Below, piece after piece: positions 63,982 to 64,000 of a stretch of 64,000 nt of DNA. Position 1 is the first letter of the stretch; each line of letters starts with the position of its first letter. The position numbers and the translations under genes were made by a program. The notes beneath the pieces were generated by a model. The model was not told where the DNA came from. It made no database searches and worked only from the letters and a program-made list of their open reading frames with translations. This DNA is from Bacteroidales bacterium (GTDB lineage Bacteria; Bacteroidota; Bacteroidia; Bacteroidales; VadinHA17), in NCBI GenBank assembly GCA_011620595.1, contig WOYX01000024.1, positions 10,984 through 74,983 on the forward strand, written 5' to 3'.

Positions 63982-64000
63982 ATGAAAAAGATATTGTATA
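63982..64000 (+). CDS. First codons (MKKILY...) of a gene cut by the window end; by position probably the SusD partner
   Basis: ATG at 63982, 24 nt after the SusC stop. Only 6 codons are visible, so the call rests on SusC/SusD synteny alone. Confidence 0.3.

Overview
This 64-kb window is chromosomal DNA from a Bacteroidota bacterium. The evidence is three SusC/SusD-type outer-membrane pairs, a T9SS C-terminal sorting domain, lipoprotein signal peptides and TAnnTTTG -7 boxes. The organism is probably an anaerobe, given the Hdr-like redox genes and a decayed photolyase gene. All protein calls come from reading motifs in the supplied translations. No alignments, HMM searches or composition statistics were run.

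Contents in order:
1. A 5'-truncated M1 zinc peptidase and a membrane protein.
2. A polysaccharide-utilisation locus at 2.3-15.4 kb. Two paralogous BNR/Asp-box propeller proteins flank a SusC/SusD pair, followed by a DUF2961/GH172 enzyme and a GH5 enzyme.
3. An intergenic stretch with two back-to-back heptanucleotide tandem arrays.
4. A tightly coupled five-gene Hdr-like Fe-S/flavin cassette at 15.8-20.9 kb: HdrC-like, HdrB-like, short HdrA-like, a ferredoxin, and a membrane-anchored HdrD/DsrMK-like fusion.
5. A lipoprotein gene, purL, an outer-membrane protein gene and a photolyase relic.
6. A roughly 32-kb block at 27.9-59.8 kb that reads as a peptidoglycan/MurNAc scavenging super-locus.
   - Minus strand: MurK-like kinase, MurQ, a GntR regulator, and a T9SS-secreted GH18.
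   - Eight-gene plus-strand operon: a giant amidase-like protein, GT2, a DUF4922 HxHxQ nucleotidyl-transferase/phosphorylase, SpoIID, a GH9-CE4 fusion, AmpG with an inserted domain, a Dld-II-type FAD/Fe-S oxidoreductase, and a NagB-LmbE fusion.
   - NamZ/DUF1343 on the minus strand.
   - A second plus-strand operon: NlpC/P60, L-Ala-D/L-Glu epimerase, a GKRP-like double-SIS protein, SusC and SusD.
7. A strong terminator immediately followed by an internally deleted group II intron remnant.
8. A third SusC and the first codons of its partner.

The most interesting candidates are:
- the peptidoglycan-directed SusC/SusD locus and its unexplained GT2/DUF4922/SpoIID core;
- the orphan Hdr-like cassette;
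- a recurring GATGTATGACA motif in promoter regions of the peptidoglycan genes, plus a 9-nt core copy;
- three short-period intergenic tandem arrays with periods of 7, 7 and 10 bp.
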